A stretch of 58,058 bases of DNA from a candidate division WOR-3 bacterium (GTDB lineage: Bacteria; Hydrothermota; Tepidihabitantia; SM23-42; CAYGYG01), in the NCBI GenBank assembly GCA_965648915.1, contig CBFGIV010000004.1:1-58058 (forward strand), read 5' to 3'. A model generated the notes under the pieces. That model ran no database searches and was not told where the DNA came from. It saw only the letters and a program-made list of their open reading frames with translations. Below are positions 29,429 to 39,230 of the stretch, piece by piece (the first letter of the stretch is position 1; each line of letters opens with the position of its first letter). The position numbers were made by a program, and so were the translations under genes.

Positions 29429-29678
29429 ACCTCCTTATCTTTATTTTAATTGGTCTTCAAAATAATAATTTTTAGTTGATTTAATCAAAATTTCTGGTTC
29501 TTAAAACAGATCGATTTAATTTAATATATTATAGCCATTTCATAAAAAAAGTCAACCTTCAATTCACTCAATCCATAAAAGCCGAATTTGGAAAAATCTA
29601 TTGACTTTTTTTTGATTTTTATTAAGATAATAGAGTGGTATAGTAATTTGCTGTTTATCAATTGTTAAGGAGGAAGAT

Positions 29679-30149
29679 ATGAAGTGGCATTTACTCTTTC
29701 TCGCTTTTGGTTTATCCATTATCCTGACCAGGAGTGAAGTCTATAACTATGATCATCTTCGGGTCACCACTGCCCTGCAGAAGGTATTGAGCGAAAACGG
29801 GATAGTCTGCTCTTTCCAGAAAGACGGTGTCATTATGACTGAGTCGAAAGATGTTGATCTCAAAACTATTAACGGATTTATTAAAGAAGATATGCCCAGT
29901 GAAAATCCGGGCTGGGAAAAAGGACGTTTTCGGCTCGAGATAGTCATAAGACGGATTAATCCGAATAAAACAGAATTGAAGATTGAACCAAAATTTGAAA
30001 GGTTTGGTGTCTTTTCTGCTCTGGTTCTAATCCCACCGGCCTGGACACCGTCGATCTCTAATGGAAAGTTGGAATCTATGATATATGAGGCAGTGAAGAA
30101 TAGATTGCAAGCTGAGATCAGTCCGACTCAAAGGGATCTAAGAGAATAA
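29679..30149 (+). CDS. Hypothetical exported protein
   Basis: AAGGAGG SD, signal-peptide-like N-terminus; promoter TTGACT-16-TAAGAT at 29601-29628. Confidence 0.65.
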   Translation: MKWHLLFLAFGLSIILTRSEVYNYDHLRVTTALQKVLSENGIVCSFQKDGVIMTESKDVDLKTINGFIKEDMPSENPGWEKGRFRLEIVIRRINPNKTELKIEPKFERFGVFSALVLIPPAWTPSISNGKLESMIYEAVKNRLQAEISPTQRDLRE

Positions 30150-30160
30150 AGGGAGGAACG

Positions 30161-31588
30161 ATGAAGAAGATAATCTTCCTGATTGCTTTTGCTCTGCTCA
30201 ATGCTGATTTACCATTTATCCCTAATGTTCCGGTCTCAAATGACCCTGGAACCGGTAACCAGAATGAAACAACAATTGGTATCTTCCGCAATAGTTTTGT
30301 CTGCGGTGGCTGGAACGATAATCGGACCGGCGTCTATCATGTAGGTTTTGCCTATTCAACCAACGGCGGATTAAACTGGTCAGACGATACTGTTCTGATC
30401 GAGCCGACCTATCCTGAAGATGGTGATCCGGTGATCTGTATTGACGATTCAGGTCATGTCTATTATTTCTGGCTATCTTTTAACCGTTCGAGTTATACCG
30501 GTGATGTCTTTTTGACTAAATCGCGTGATGGTGGCCGAACCTGGGGCCCATTTGTTTGTGTTACTCCAAATTCACCCAGTTCGCTCGATGACAAACCCTG
30601 GGCAACGATTGATGGTAACAATGTCTTTGTTACCTGGTATGAATATGGCACATCCTATGGATTAAAATTTACCCGTTCCACAAATCGGGGAGCAACCTGG
30701 TCGACCGGAGTTCAGGTCGGAAGTGGTGGTAACGGGACATTCCCATTCAGGGGTCGGGATTCGACTATCTTTGTTGGCTGGGGTATGCAGAATGTCCAGT
30801 TGAATAAATCGACCGATATGGGAAGGACCTGGCAGGGGCCAAGGACGGTAATATCTGTCACCTGGAGTCCTGGTTCAACTCCCTGGCGGGTGAACAATAT
30901 TCCATCTTTCGGGACAAGCCGGGATCGAACCAGACAGTATGTTGTTTTTGCTGATTCCCGGCTCGCAGCCAATCAGCTCGATGTCTTCTTCTCACGCTCA
31001 ACCGATGATGGAGCAACCTGGTCTACACCGGTAAAACTGAATGACACGCCTTCGACCGATACGACCAAACAGTTCTATCCCTGGCTGGCAGTCGATCCTT
31101 TTGACCGAATCCATGTGGTCTGGCATGACACCAGGGCCGGTGGCAGGATCGGCCAGTATTATGCATATTCGACTGACTTTGGTTCAACCTGGAGCCGGAA
31201 TTACCGTGTTTCCGATACTGCAGTGTATGCTAACACCTTTATTGGTGATTATACGGCCTGTGCCGCGGATAGTTATTATATCTATGCACTCTGGTGTGAT
31301 GCCCGCAGAGGCCAGTCAAATCCTGATATCTTCTTCTCTAAGGCCCGGACCCCAGTTCAGATAATCGAAGCGGAAGCACCCGGACTTAAGAAGAAAGTCG
31401 ATATGACAATCACCTTTCCCAATCCCTGTCGGGACCTGAGCGATATTAACTACTGGCCTAAAGACGCTAAAATTTCATTCTACGAAATCAGCGGTCGGAA
31501 GATAAGTCGAATTGAAAAGAACGGGGTTTATTTTCTCGAACTCAAGAGTGGTAATCGAATTATAAGGAAGAAACTGATAAAGATTTAA
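30161..31588 (+). CDS. BNR/Asp-box (sialidase-like) beta-propeller with short T9SS-like CTD
   Basis: Six S-x-D/N-x-G-x-T-W boxes; signal peptide; C-terminal FPNP..ISGRK..GVYF..KKLIKI. Confidence 0.82.
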   Translation: MKKIIFLIAFALLNADLPFIPNVPVSNDPGTGNQNETTIGIFRNSFVCGGWNDNRTGVYHVGFAYSTNGGLNWSDDTVLIEPTYPEDGDPVICIDDSGHVYYFWLSFNRSSYTGDVFLTKSRDGGRTWGPFVCVTPNSPSSLDDKPWATIDGNNVFVTWYEYGTSYGLKFTRSTNRGATWSTGVQVGSGGNGTFPFRGRDSTIFVGWGMQNVQLNKSTDMGRTWQGPRTVISVTWSPGSTPWRVNNIPSFGTSRDRTRQYVVFADSRLAANQLDVFFSRSTDDGATWSTPVKLNDTPSTDTTKQFYPWLAVDPFDRIHVVWHDTRAGGRIGQYYAYSTDFGSTWSRNYRVSDTAVYANTFIGDYTACAADSYYIYALWCDARRGQSNPDIFFSKARTPVQIIEAEAPGLKKKVDMTITFPNPCRDLSDINYWPKDAKISFYEISGRKISRIEKNGVYFLELKSGNRIIRKKLIKI

Positions 31589-33594
31589 TAGCCCTTCAGC
31601 TCAGAGGCGATCTTAATACAATTGCCACCCTGTTGTTTGGCTTCATAGCAGGCCTGGTCAGCAAGGCTGATGAGTTTGGTCTTGTCTGTACTGTCGGTGG
31701 GGAAATGGGCGATACCAATGCTCAAGGTGACCGAAGGACAGGTCTTCTGTGCCTCAATAACCTTCCTCATCCTTTCACTTACTTCATAGGCTACAGCACA
31801 GTCTGTCTCCGAGAGCACGGCAATGAATTCATCGCCGCCATACCGACCGAGGAAATCTATATTCCGGGTACAGTTTTTCATTAACTGAGAAAATCTTCTT
31901 AAAATATCATCTCCGGCACTGTGTCCGAATTGATCATTGTAATCCTTGAAATTATCAAAATCGATCATCAACAGGCTGAAGGGCCGGTGGAAGCGTTCAG
32001 CCCGCTTTATCTCATTTTCAATAAATAGATCAAAACTCCTTCGGTTTGGTAATGCGGTCAGAGGATCGGTGAGTGAGAGTCTGCGGGTCTCTTCGTAGAG
32101 GCGTGAATTTTCAAGGGCAATAGCGATTTCCGTGCTGATGGTTGAGAGCAAGTTTATATCATCTTCACCAAATCGATCGAGTTCATGGCTTTCAACATCG
32201 AGCACACCGATCAATTTATTGCCAACAATTAACGGGAAACAGACTTCACTTTTTGCATCTCTTACCCCCCTTATATAATAGGGATCTTTTGTAACATCTG
32301 GAGCATAATACATCATCCTCGTGCCGGCGACATGACCGGCAATGCCGGTCTCGCCAATTTTTATTCTTAAATTCTTTACCTCATCCGGGTAGTTGATATA
32401 GGTATGAAGTTTTAGTTCGTTCTTTTCCTCATCAACAAGAAATACCGCAAGGTTTAATTCGCCAAAAAAGACCGAAAGGCGAGAAAGTATGTTGGAAAGC
32501 AAACGGTCAAAATCTAAGGTTGAGATAAAACTTTTGCCAATGTCATAGAGGATTGCGAACTGTTCAGCCTCTCTGGTCAGAGATTCATATAATCTTGAAT
32601 TTTCGATGGCGACTGAAGCATAACTGCTCAGAATTGAGAGATAATATAGATCATCTTCAGTAAATTCTCTTGGTTTACTGGCATTGACATAGAGAATACC
32701 AAGGATTCGGCCTTTGGCGATTAATGGAAGCCCGATCAAAGCGATGCGACCTTTTTCGAGGGCCCGGGGATTGACATTGGGATATTTAGTGAGATCGGGA
32801 ATAATTACCGGTCTTAAAGTCCGAATGATTTCTCCTGATATACCATCAATGAGACGAGCAGTAGATTTATATCTTTTCGGCATACCTTCGAGGCTGTTAT
32901 ATTCAAAAGCAGTTGTAACCTTCATTTTATTTGTATCGATCAAGATAATACCACCTTGATCTGTTGCCGTGATCCTGGTTGCAGTGGAAAGGAATATTTT
33001 GACAATCTCATTAATGTCAAAGGAAGATGTTATCATCAGACCAATTTCACCAAGCAGAGAAGACATCCGGGCTTTCTTTTGAACCTCATCAAAAGTAGAG
33101 AAATGATCGATTGATAATGAGGCGTGATGGATAAAAAGATTTAAAAGATAGGAAGGGGGAAATGATTCTATCGGCGAATTATAATAGATATTCAGGCAGC
33201 CCATGCTTTTCTCCTGGACGAGAAGCGGGAAAGAGACCATTGATCCCAGGCGGTCCTGCTTTGCCCTCTGGGCTGTGTTCTGGTCACCGAGATCGGCAAA
33301 GAATTTTTCAAGATTGTTAATGAGCTTTGGTTTCTTCGATAAACATACTTCGTCGGCAATCGACTTACCCCCGGCCAGTTTAATAACGCTGAAATCAAAT
33401 GTGGAAAGGGGACGGGTGCGGACAATGGTCAGATTTTCTTTCTCTCTTTCAAATAGAACTATTGAACTGGCTGATGCGCCGAAGAGAGAGATCGGGATTT
33501 CCGATATACAATCGAGAAGGGAATCGCGTGTTTTTGAAGTCAAAAAAAGTTCAATCAGATAGGTCAGTTTTTTAAAATCCTCACTATCAATCAT
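31585..33594 (-). CDS. Diguanylate cyclase with three GAF domains
   Basis: Three GAF-like repeats; TDPLTALPNRR, DFDNFK.YND.FGH..GD, RNID I-site, GRYGGDEF. Confidence 0.92.
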   Translation of the reverse strand: MIDSEDFKKLTYLIELFLTSKTRDSLLDCISEIPISLFGASASSIVLFEREKENLTIVRTRPLSTFDFSVIKLAGGKSIADEVCLSKKPKLINNLEKFFADLGDQNTAQRAKQDRLGSMVSFPLLVQEKSMGCLNIYYNSPIESFPPSYLLNLFIHHASLSIDHFSTFDEVQKKARMSSLLGEIGLMITSSFDINEIVKIFLSTATRITATDQGGIILIDTNKMKVTTAFEYNSLEGMPKRYKSTARLIDGISGEIIRTLRPVIIPDLTKYPNVNPRALEKGRIALIGLPLIAKGRILGILYVNASKPREFTEDDLYYLSILSSYASVAIENSRLYESLTREAEQFAILYDIGKSFISTLDFDRLLSNILSRLSVFFGELNLAVFLVDEEKNELKLHTYINYPDEVKNLRIKIGETGIAGHVAGTRMMYYAPDVTKDPYYIRGVRDAKSEVCFPLIVGNKLIGVLDVESHELDRFGEDDINLLSTISTEIAIALENSRLYEETRRLSLTDPLTALPNRRSFDLFIENEIKRAERFHRPFSLLMIDFDNFKDYNDQFGHSAGDDILRRFSQLMKNCTRNIDFLGRYGGDEFIAVLSETDCAVAYEVSERMRKVIEAQKTCPSVTLSIGIAHFPTDSTDKTKLISLADQACYEAKQQGGNCIKIASELKGY

Positions 33595-33600
33595 TGATCG

Positions 33601-33628
33601 ATTATATAAGATTCTGGTAATTTGTCAA
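33601..33628 (-). promoter_or_regulatory. sigma70-type promoter, probably leaderless
   Basis: TTGACA-16nt-TATAAT, 6 nt before ATG 33594. Confidence 0.7.
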
Positions 33629-33689
33629 CTCTCTTTTTCCCCTCCCATCAAGAGAAGGGATAGCTGAAGAAAATTTAGAGAAAACTAAA

Positions 33690-33881
33690 CAGGATGTGTC
33701 AAAAGAGAGTAATTACCTGCCCTGCAGCCCAAAAGTTAAATTGGAGATTGTTGTGCCGATCTTTCATAAGGGCGCGATCGTGGGCGAGATTGACATCGAT
33801 TCTCACACTCTGGCGCCGCTCAGCGATGAAGACAAACTTTTTTTAGAGTCAGTGAGTAGGCTAATTTCAGAACTTTTCTGA
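33690..33881 (+). pseudogene. C-terminal remnant of a stand-alone GAF protein (MsrC/YebR-like)
   Basis: QDVSKESNYLPCSPKVKLEIVVPI..GEIDIDSH..DEDKLFLE; N-terminal ~90 aa and SD absent. Confidence 0.7.
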
Positions 33882-33898
33882 CTAAACAATCAGAATAA

Positions 33899-34783
33899 TT
33901 AACCCTTGATACTCCTGATCTTATTTTTCCTGTCAAGGGTAACAATTTTGGGTCGAATCTCTTTTGCCTGACTTATGTCAACAAACGCATAACCGAGAAT
34001 ACAGAGTTTGTCGCCGGCCTTACCTTTTAAAGATGCCGGTCCATAAAGGACAATCCTCCCTGATCCTCTCTTTTCAGCAATTGTATAGGTCTCAATGCGC
34101 TCACCATTATCGTAATTCAGGACCTGAACCTTTTCACCCGGGATTAAATTTGCTGCATCCATAATATTCTGATCGATCCCCATACTGCCTTTGTAGAACA
34201 GAACCGTATCAGTAATTACTGCCTTGGTGATTTTTGACTTTAATACCTCAACAAAGTATCCGCCTCTTGCCTTTTTGTTAAGATAGTCCCGAATTACCGA
34301 CCTGTGGCTGGCAAAAGGGATTCGAGGAAGTTTGTCCCAGGAATAGAAGCGCACGGCATCACAATCGGAGCCGGCTTTAATATGTCCCCCCAATGCTTCG
34401 ACCTCATATCCGATAAGCAGAATATCGCCATAGAAGTTGGTTCGATCGGTATAGATACCGATCAGATTTTTTACCTTTCCCTTCAGTCCGGTCTCTTCCT
34501 TCAATTCTCTCAGCACTGCCTGTTCAGGTAATTCGCTCTGTTCGATGAAGCCGGTTGGTAATGCCCATTCACCCCGCCCGGGTTCAATACCCCGACGGAT
34601 GAGGAGAATCTCATTCTTTTCATTAACTATCAAAGCGGCAACAGAGGGCAGGGGGTTTTTATAGTATATCCAGCCGCAACTCGGACAGGTGTAATGGAAC
34701 CAGTTGGTTTCCTTTTCTTTTATCAATTTGGTCTTACATACCGGACAGAAGCGGTACTCTTTTATCTTCCAATTGCTATGCAT
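33899..34783 (-). CDS. panD: Zn-ribbon Nudix hydrolase fused to aspartate 1-decarboxylase (PanD)-like domain
   Basis: CPVC..CPSC, Nudix box GFIEQSELPEQAVLRELKEETGL; C-terminal LKSKI..YKGSMGID..NGERIETY..GSGRI. Confidence 0.85.
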   Translation of the reverse strand: MHSNWKIKEYRFCPVCKTKLIKEKETNWFHYTCPSCGWIYYKNPLPSVAALIVNEKNEILLIRRGIEPGRGEWALPTGFIEQSELPEQAVLRELKEETGLKGKVKNLIGIYTDRTNFYGDILLIGYEVEALGGHIKAGSDCDAVRFYSWDKLPRIPFASHRSVIRDYLNKKARGGYFVEVLKSKITKAVITDTVLFYKGSMGIDQNIMDAANLIPGEKVQVLNYDNGERIETYTIAEKRGSGRIVLYGPASLKGKAGDKLCILGYAFVDISQAKEIRPKIVTLDRKNKIRSIKG

Positions 34784-34792
34784 ATCGCTTGA

Positions 34793-34820
34793 ATTATATC
34801 CACAATCTTTAAAAAATCAA
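34793..34820 (-). promoter_or_regulatory. sigma70-type promoter with very short leader
   Basis: TTGATT-16nt-TATAAT, 9 nt before ATG 34783. Confidence 0.55.
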
Positions 34821-34851
34821 CTTTGATTTATCAGATAGAATGTGGTTTTGA

Positions 34852-34880
34852 TTGACTAACGATATAAATTTGATTAAAAT
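34852..34880 (+). promoter_or_regulatory. sigma70-type promoter, probably leaderless
   Basis: TTGACT-17nt-TAAAAT, 7 nt before ATG 34888. Confidence 0.6.
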
Positions 34881-34884
34881 AGTA

Positions 34885-35265
34885 ATGATGATAATAAAAA
34901 AATTAAAAAACTGCAAATGCTTCAGAGCTGGTGATGATTCAAAATTACGTGAACTGCTTAACCCTCTCAAAGAAAAGTTAAAGGTCAAGTTCAGCCTTGC
35001 CCGGGCGAGTGTCCGTTCGGGGCAGAAGACCATTCCTCATCGATTGAAGCATAGCGAAGTCTATTATATCCTAAGGGGTCAAGGTATAATGCATATAAAC
35101 CGTGAAAAGAAACGGGTTAAAAAAGATGAGGTGGTCTATATCCCACCAAATGCCACGCAGTGGATAGAAAACTGTGGGCAAGGCCCTCTTCAGTTTTTAT
35201 GCATTGTCGATCCAGCCTGGAAACCGGATTGTGAGCAGATCGTCAGATTGATCCGGAAAGAGTGA
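34885..35265 (+). CDS. Cupin domain protein
   Basis: PHRLKHSEVYYILRGQG, VYIPP, FLCIVDPAW; start ATG 34885 or 34888. Confidence 0.88.
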   Translation: MMIIKKLKNCKCFRAGDDSKLRELLNPLKEKLKVKFSLARASVRSGQKTIPHRLKHSEVYYILRGQGIMHINREKKRVKKDEVVYIPPNATQWIENCGQGPLQFLCIVDPAWKPDCEQIVRLIRKE

Positions 35266-35273
35266 AGGTCTTC

Positions 35274-35301
35274 TTGACAGGCAAACCTTTATGGATAGAA
35301 T
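35274..35301 (+). promoter_or_regulatory. sigma70-type promoter of lptCAB-rpoN
   Basis: TTGACA-16nt-TAGAAT, 9 nt before ATG 35311. Confidence 0.6.
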
Positions 35302-35310
35302 TAATTATCT

Positions 35311-35838
35311 ATGAGAAGTCTTTACTGCTTTCTCTGTGTTTTCTTATGCATCGGTTGCCCTCAAGAGAAGAAGACATCTTCTTCGGGCGAAGAATTACCC
35401 TCAACGGTGATTGATAATTTTAATCTGACCGAAACTGATGAGGGAAGGAAGATGTGGGTCTTGAAAGCAGCCAAGGCGTTGGTTTATCAGACGCGAGAAA
35501 AGATTGTAGTGGATGAGTTAAAAGTAGATTTCTTCAATGCCCGGGGGGAGTTGGTTTCTAAGATAATTGCTCCATCTGGAGAATTAAACACCGGGAATCG
35601 CAATATGACGGCACGGGGTGGAGTTCTGGTTAAGACCCAGGACAGCACCACCCTGATGACTGATTCCCTCTTCTGGCAGAATGATTCAGCAAGGATTATA
35701 ACTTATGCGAAGGTCTTCATTGAGAGAAGGGATAAGACCAGGATCGAAGGTATGGGACTGATAACTGATCCGGAGTTGAAAAAGATCGAGATTTTAGGAC
35801 ACATCACCGGTGAATCATCAGTGGAGATTAAGAAGTGA
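35311..35838 (+). CDS. lptC: LPS export protein LptC
   Basis: Jellyroll motifs (W.L.A..A, L.TDSLFW, I.G.GL..D..L); first gene of lptC-lptA-lptB-rpoN. Confidence 0.85.
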   Translation: MRSLYCFLCVFLCIGCPQEKKTSSSGEELPSTVIDNFNLTETDEGRKMWVLKAAKALVYQTREKIVVDELKVDFFNARGELVSKIIAPSGELNTGNRNMTARGGVLVKTQDSTTLMTDSLFWQNDSARIITYAKVFIERRDKTRIEGMGLITDPELKKIEILGHITGESSVEIKK

Positions 35839-36710
35839 TTTTCTTCTATTTTCTAATCTGGGTATCACCTTTTACCGCCGATAAGGTTGAAATTATTAAT
35901 CTGCCCGGCGAGAGGGTCGTCAAACTTGCTGGTAATGTCATCATCGATGCTACTCCAGCCAGGATTTTCTGTAGCGAGGCCAGGGTCTACGAAGATAGAG
36001 ACCTTGCCATTCTGACTGGAAGAGTGAAGATAATCGATACGGCGAGTTCGGTTGAAGCTGACACTGCTTATCACTACTTAAAAGGGGAGAGATCGATCCT
36101 CAAAGGGAATGTTACACTCTTCAGTGGCTCACGGTCGATCTATGCTGAATCACTTATCTATGATCGAGTAAAAAAATTTGTCCAGGCATTTGATTCAGTT
36201 AAATTTGTCGATACAATGCAGAAATTTACAAGCCTGGGTAATCGGGGAAGTTACGACCTGAAAATGGGAATAGGAAGATTGGAAGATCAACCTTGTGCCT
36301 GGATCGAGCGAAAAGATAAATCGCCGATATATGTCTGGTCAAGGGTTTTTGAATATAATGCGAAAAAGAACTGGATCGTTGCTTATGATTCAGTCAGAAT
36401 TGTTATCGACAGTATAGAGGTCTCAGGAGATAGCCTTAGATACGAAATTGATAAGAAGATTGGTTTGATTGAAAAGATTAGACTGACTGAAGCTAATAAT
36501 TCAATCACTGGTGGTTCAGGTCGATTCGCCCTCGCCGACGAAAATTTATCCGAATTTGATGTCAATCAGGGTCAGGGTGTATATATCACCCGGGAAGGTG
36601 TGAAGAATGAAATATCTGGTGGTTTAATGAGGTTTAAGTTTAATAATGGAAAGGCGGTGGCGATAGAGGTTTACGATCGCCCCCGGGCATTGCTCTATTT
36701 AAAAAAATAG
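35835..36710 (+). CDS. LptA/OstA-like beta-jellyroll protein
   Basis: Repeated A-D/E...L.GNV units; lies between lptC and lptB. Confidence 0.7.
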   Translation: MIFFYFLIWVSPFTADKVEIINLPGERVVKLAGNVIIDATPARIFCSEARVYEDRDLAILTGRVKIIDTASSVEADTAYHYLKGERSILKGNVTLFSGSRSIYAESLIYDRVKKFVQAFDSVKFVDTMQKFTSLGNRGSYDLKMGIGRLEDQPCAWIERKDKSPIYVWSRVFEYNAKKNWIVAYDSVRIVIDSIEVSGDSLRYEIDKKIGLIEKIRLTEANNSITGGSGRFALADENLSEFDVNQGQGVYITREGVKNEISGGLMRFKFNNGKAVAIEVYDRPRALLYLKK

Positions 36711-36711
36711 T

Positions 36712-37428
36712 ATGCTGAAGATTGAAAAATTGACGAAGAGGTATAGTCAACGCTGCGTTGTAAATGAGGTCGATCTCTATCTCGAGCCGGGTGAGGTCGT
36801 CGGTTTACTCGGGCCGAATGGTGCGGGCAAGACAACAACCTTTCATATGATCTGTGGTCTGGTTATTCCCAACAGTGGCCGGATATTGCTCGACGGTATC
36901 GATTTGACCAGACTCCCGATGTGGCAAAGGGCGCGTCTGGGGATCTCTTTTCTCTCACAGGAGCCATCGGTTTTTCGGAAGTTTTCCGTAGCGGAGAACT
37001 TAAGGGCCCTGCTTGAGTTCAGGTATAATGACAAAGCGTCGATTGAAGAAGAAGCCAGCCGGCTTTTGAAACAGTTCAATCTTGAAGCACGCCGGGATCA
37101 GAAGGCCTACAGCCTTTCTGGTGGAGAAAGGCGTCGGGTTGAGATTGCCCGGGCGATGATTTCCAGTCCTAAATTTCTTCTCCTCGATGAACCATTCACC
37201 GGCATCGACCCGATTGCCCGTAGTGATCTGCAGGAGATTATTCTTTCTCTGAAGAGGAAAAATATTGGTATTCTCATTTCCGATCATAATGTCCGGGAGA
37301 CGCTCGAGATAACTGATCGAGCCTATCTGATTTATGATTCAAAGGTACTGATCTCCGGCACCGCAAAAGATTTGATCGAAAACCCCAAGGCCCGGGAACT
37401 CTATCTGGGAGAAAAATTTAAGATATGA
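36712..37428 (+). CDS. lptB: LPS export ABC transporter ATPase
   Basis: GPNGAGKT, QEPSVFR, LSGGERRRVEIAR, DEPFTGIDP, DHNVRETL. Confidence 0.95.
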   Translation: MLKIEKLTKRYSQRCVVNEVDLYLEPGEVVGLLGPNGAGKTTTFHMICGLVIPNSGRILLDGIDLTRLPMWQRARLGISFLSQEPSVFRKFSVAENLRALLEFRYNDKASIEEEASRLLKQFNLEARRDQKAYSLSGGERRRVEIARAMISSPKFLLLDEPFTGIDPIARSDLQEIILSLKRKNIGILISDHNVRETLEITDRAYLIYDSKVLISGTAKDLIENPKARELYLGEKFKI

Positions 37429-38765
37429 AGCACGAAACCGAATTAAAGAACGAACTGCGGTTGATGCCCAGCCCAAGATTGATGCAGTTTTTGACGCTGT
37501 TACAGATTCCGACCGTGGAACTTGATCTGATGATCAGGCGGGAACTGGAGAGTAATCCCTGTCTTGAGGAGGTGATTGAAGTAAGCCGGGAGCGGGAAGA
37601 GACCCAGGATGAGTATAATATTGTCGACCTATTCGGTGAGGATACAATTCATCAGCCAGAAGAGAAGGCGGAGGATGAGTTTGATTTAGTAGAGAATATT
37701 CCGGCACCGGTTTCGCGGCTGGGCGAAGAATTGTTGAAGCAGGCCCGAGTGGTATTCAGGCCGGAAGAGATGAAGATTGCTGAATTTGTGGTCATCAATC
37801 TCAATGAGAATGGTTTTCTCCTCTTAAGTAATGAAGAGATCGCTCAGGCACTAAATGTCAGTCAGGATAGAGTCCAAGAGGTGATCAGGACAATCAGCCG
37901 TTTCAATCCGGTGGGCTGTGGGGCACGGACGGTTCAGGAGTCTTTTTTAATTCAACTTGAAGAACTGGGTTATGGTCCGGACAGTATTGAGTATATTCTG
38001 GTACGTGACCACTTCGAGGATCTTGGCGGGAGTAAACGGAGAAACATTCTTAATAAATTAGGTATTACCTCAGAGCGATTAAATGAGGCGATTAAGATCA
38101 TCAGTAAATTGGAGACAAGACCGGGTAGGAAATATTTTACGGTTCAACCCGGATATGTAAATCCGGATTTTTCAGTTGAATGGCGTGAAGGTAAACTCTG
38201 GGCAGTCTATAATGATGATTATTTACCAAAAATTCGACTCAAAACCAGGTATGTTGAGATGATTAAACATCCTGAACTATTTGCCGAAGAAGAGATTAAA
38301 TTTGTTAAGAAGAATCTCAAGTCGGCTCAATTTTTTCTACTGGCAATTGAACAGCGCCGGATGACCCTTAATCGAATCATAAATAAGGTTATTGAACATC
38401 AGCGGGAATTTTTTGAGAAAGGCTATGAATATTTGAAGCCGATCACAATGACCGATCTTGCCCAGCAACTCGGGGTTAATGTTTCAACCATCAGCCGAGC
38501 AATTCAGGGTAAATATGTGGAATCACCCTGGGGAATCCATGATTTAAAGTTCTTTTTCAGTGCACCATTCAACGATATGGATAAGAGAATTATTATGAAG
38601 AAAATTGAAGAATATGTCAATAGAGAGGATAAGTCAAGGCCCTTGTCTGATCAGGCGATCGCGAAACGATTAAACCGTGAAGGGATCGCTATTTCCCGGC
38701 GGACGGTTACCAAGTACCGTGAAATGTTAGGAATACCAGCCCATTATAACAGGACAAATGTCTGA
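37425..38765 (+). CDS. rpoN: RNA polymerase sigma-54 factor
   Basis: LLQ...LESNP, P.GCGAR, STISRA, LSDQ, RpoN box SRRTVTKYRE. Confidence 0.95.
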   Translation: MKHETELKNELRLMPSPRLMQFLTLLQIPTVELDLMIRRELESNPCLEEVIEVSREREETQDEYNIVDLFGEDTIHQPEEKAEDEFDLVENIPAPVSRLGEELLKQARVVFRPEEMKIAEFVVINLNENGFLLLSNEEIAQALNVSQDRVQEVIRTISRFNPVGCGARTVQESFLIQLEELGYGPDSIEYILVRDHFEDLGGSKRRNILNKLGITSERLNEAIKIISKLETRPGRKYFTVQPGYVNPDFSVEWREGKLWAVYNDDYLPKIRLKTRYVEMIKHPELFAEEEIKFVKKNLKSAQFFLLAIEQRRMTLNRIINKVIEHQREFFEKGYEYLKPITMTDLAQQLGVNVSTISRAIQGKYVESPWGIHDLKFFFSAPFNDMDKRIIMKKIEEYVNREDKSRPLSDQAIAKRLNREGIAISRRTVTKYREMLGIPAHYNRTNV

Positions 38766-38782
38766 AATGAACCAATATTGCC

Positions 38783-38810
38783 TTGACATTTCTAAAAATT
38801 TAACTATAAT
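38783..38810 (+). promoter_or_regulatory. sigma70-type promoter, probably leaderless
   Basis: TTGACA-16nt-TATAAT, 6 nt before ATG 38817. Confidence 0.7.
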
Positions 38811-38816
38811 GGAGTT

Positions 38817-39230
38817 ATGATAAACAAAGTTGTGGCTCATTTTCTTGACAAGACGATACTCCGGGGTTACACTTCGGACTTCAAGCCAGACAGTGAAATT
38901 TTTCATTTAATCGTTAAAGGCGAGAGTGAAGAGAAAGCAGTGCCGATTCGACTCTCGGCACTTAAGGCAGTCTTTTTTGTGAAGGAATTGATGGGGAAGG
39001 ATCGGACCCGACCCGTGGTGAAGAGATCGTTCGGTGAGATCAAAGACAAAAAACTGATCGGCAAAAAGGTCCGAGTAACTTTTAATGATGGTGAGGTCCT
39101 TTTTGGTACAACTCTTGGTTACAGCCCAAAACGGAAGGGTTTCTTTTTTACCCCAATTGATCCAGAGAGTAATAACGAAAGAATCTTTGCCATAACTTCC
39201 TCCGTAAAAGATATTACCTTTTACGAATGA
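38817..39230 (+). CDS. Conserved hypothetical protein (DUF6982-like, internally duplicated)
   Basis: KVVAHFLD..LRGYT.DF / KVRVTFNDGEVL.GTT.GY...GFF..P.D..SNNERIF. Confidence 0.65.
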   Translation: MINKVVAHFLDKTILRGYTSDFKPDSEIFHLIVKGESEEKAVPIRLSALKAVFFVKELMGKDRTRPVVKRSFGEIKDKKLIGKKVRVTFNDGEVLFGTTLGYSPKRKGFFFTPIDPESNNERIFAITSSVKDITFYE

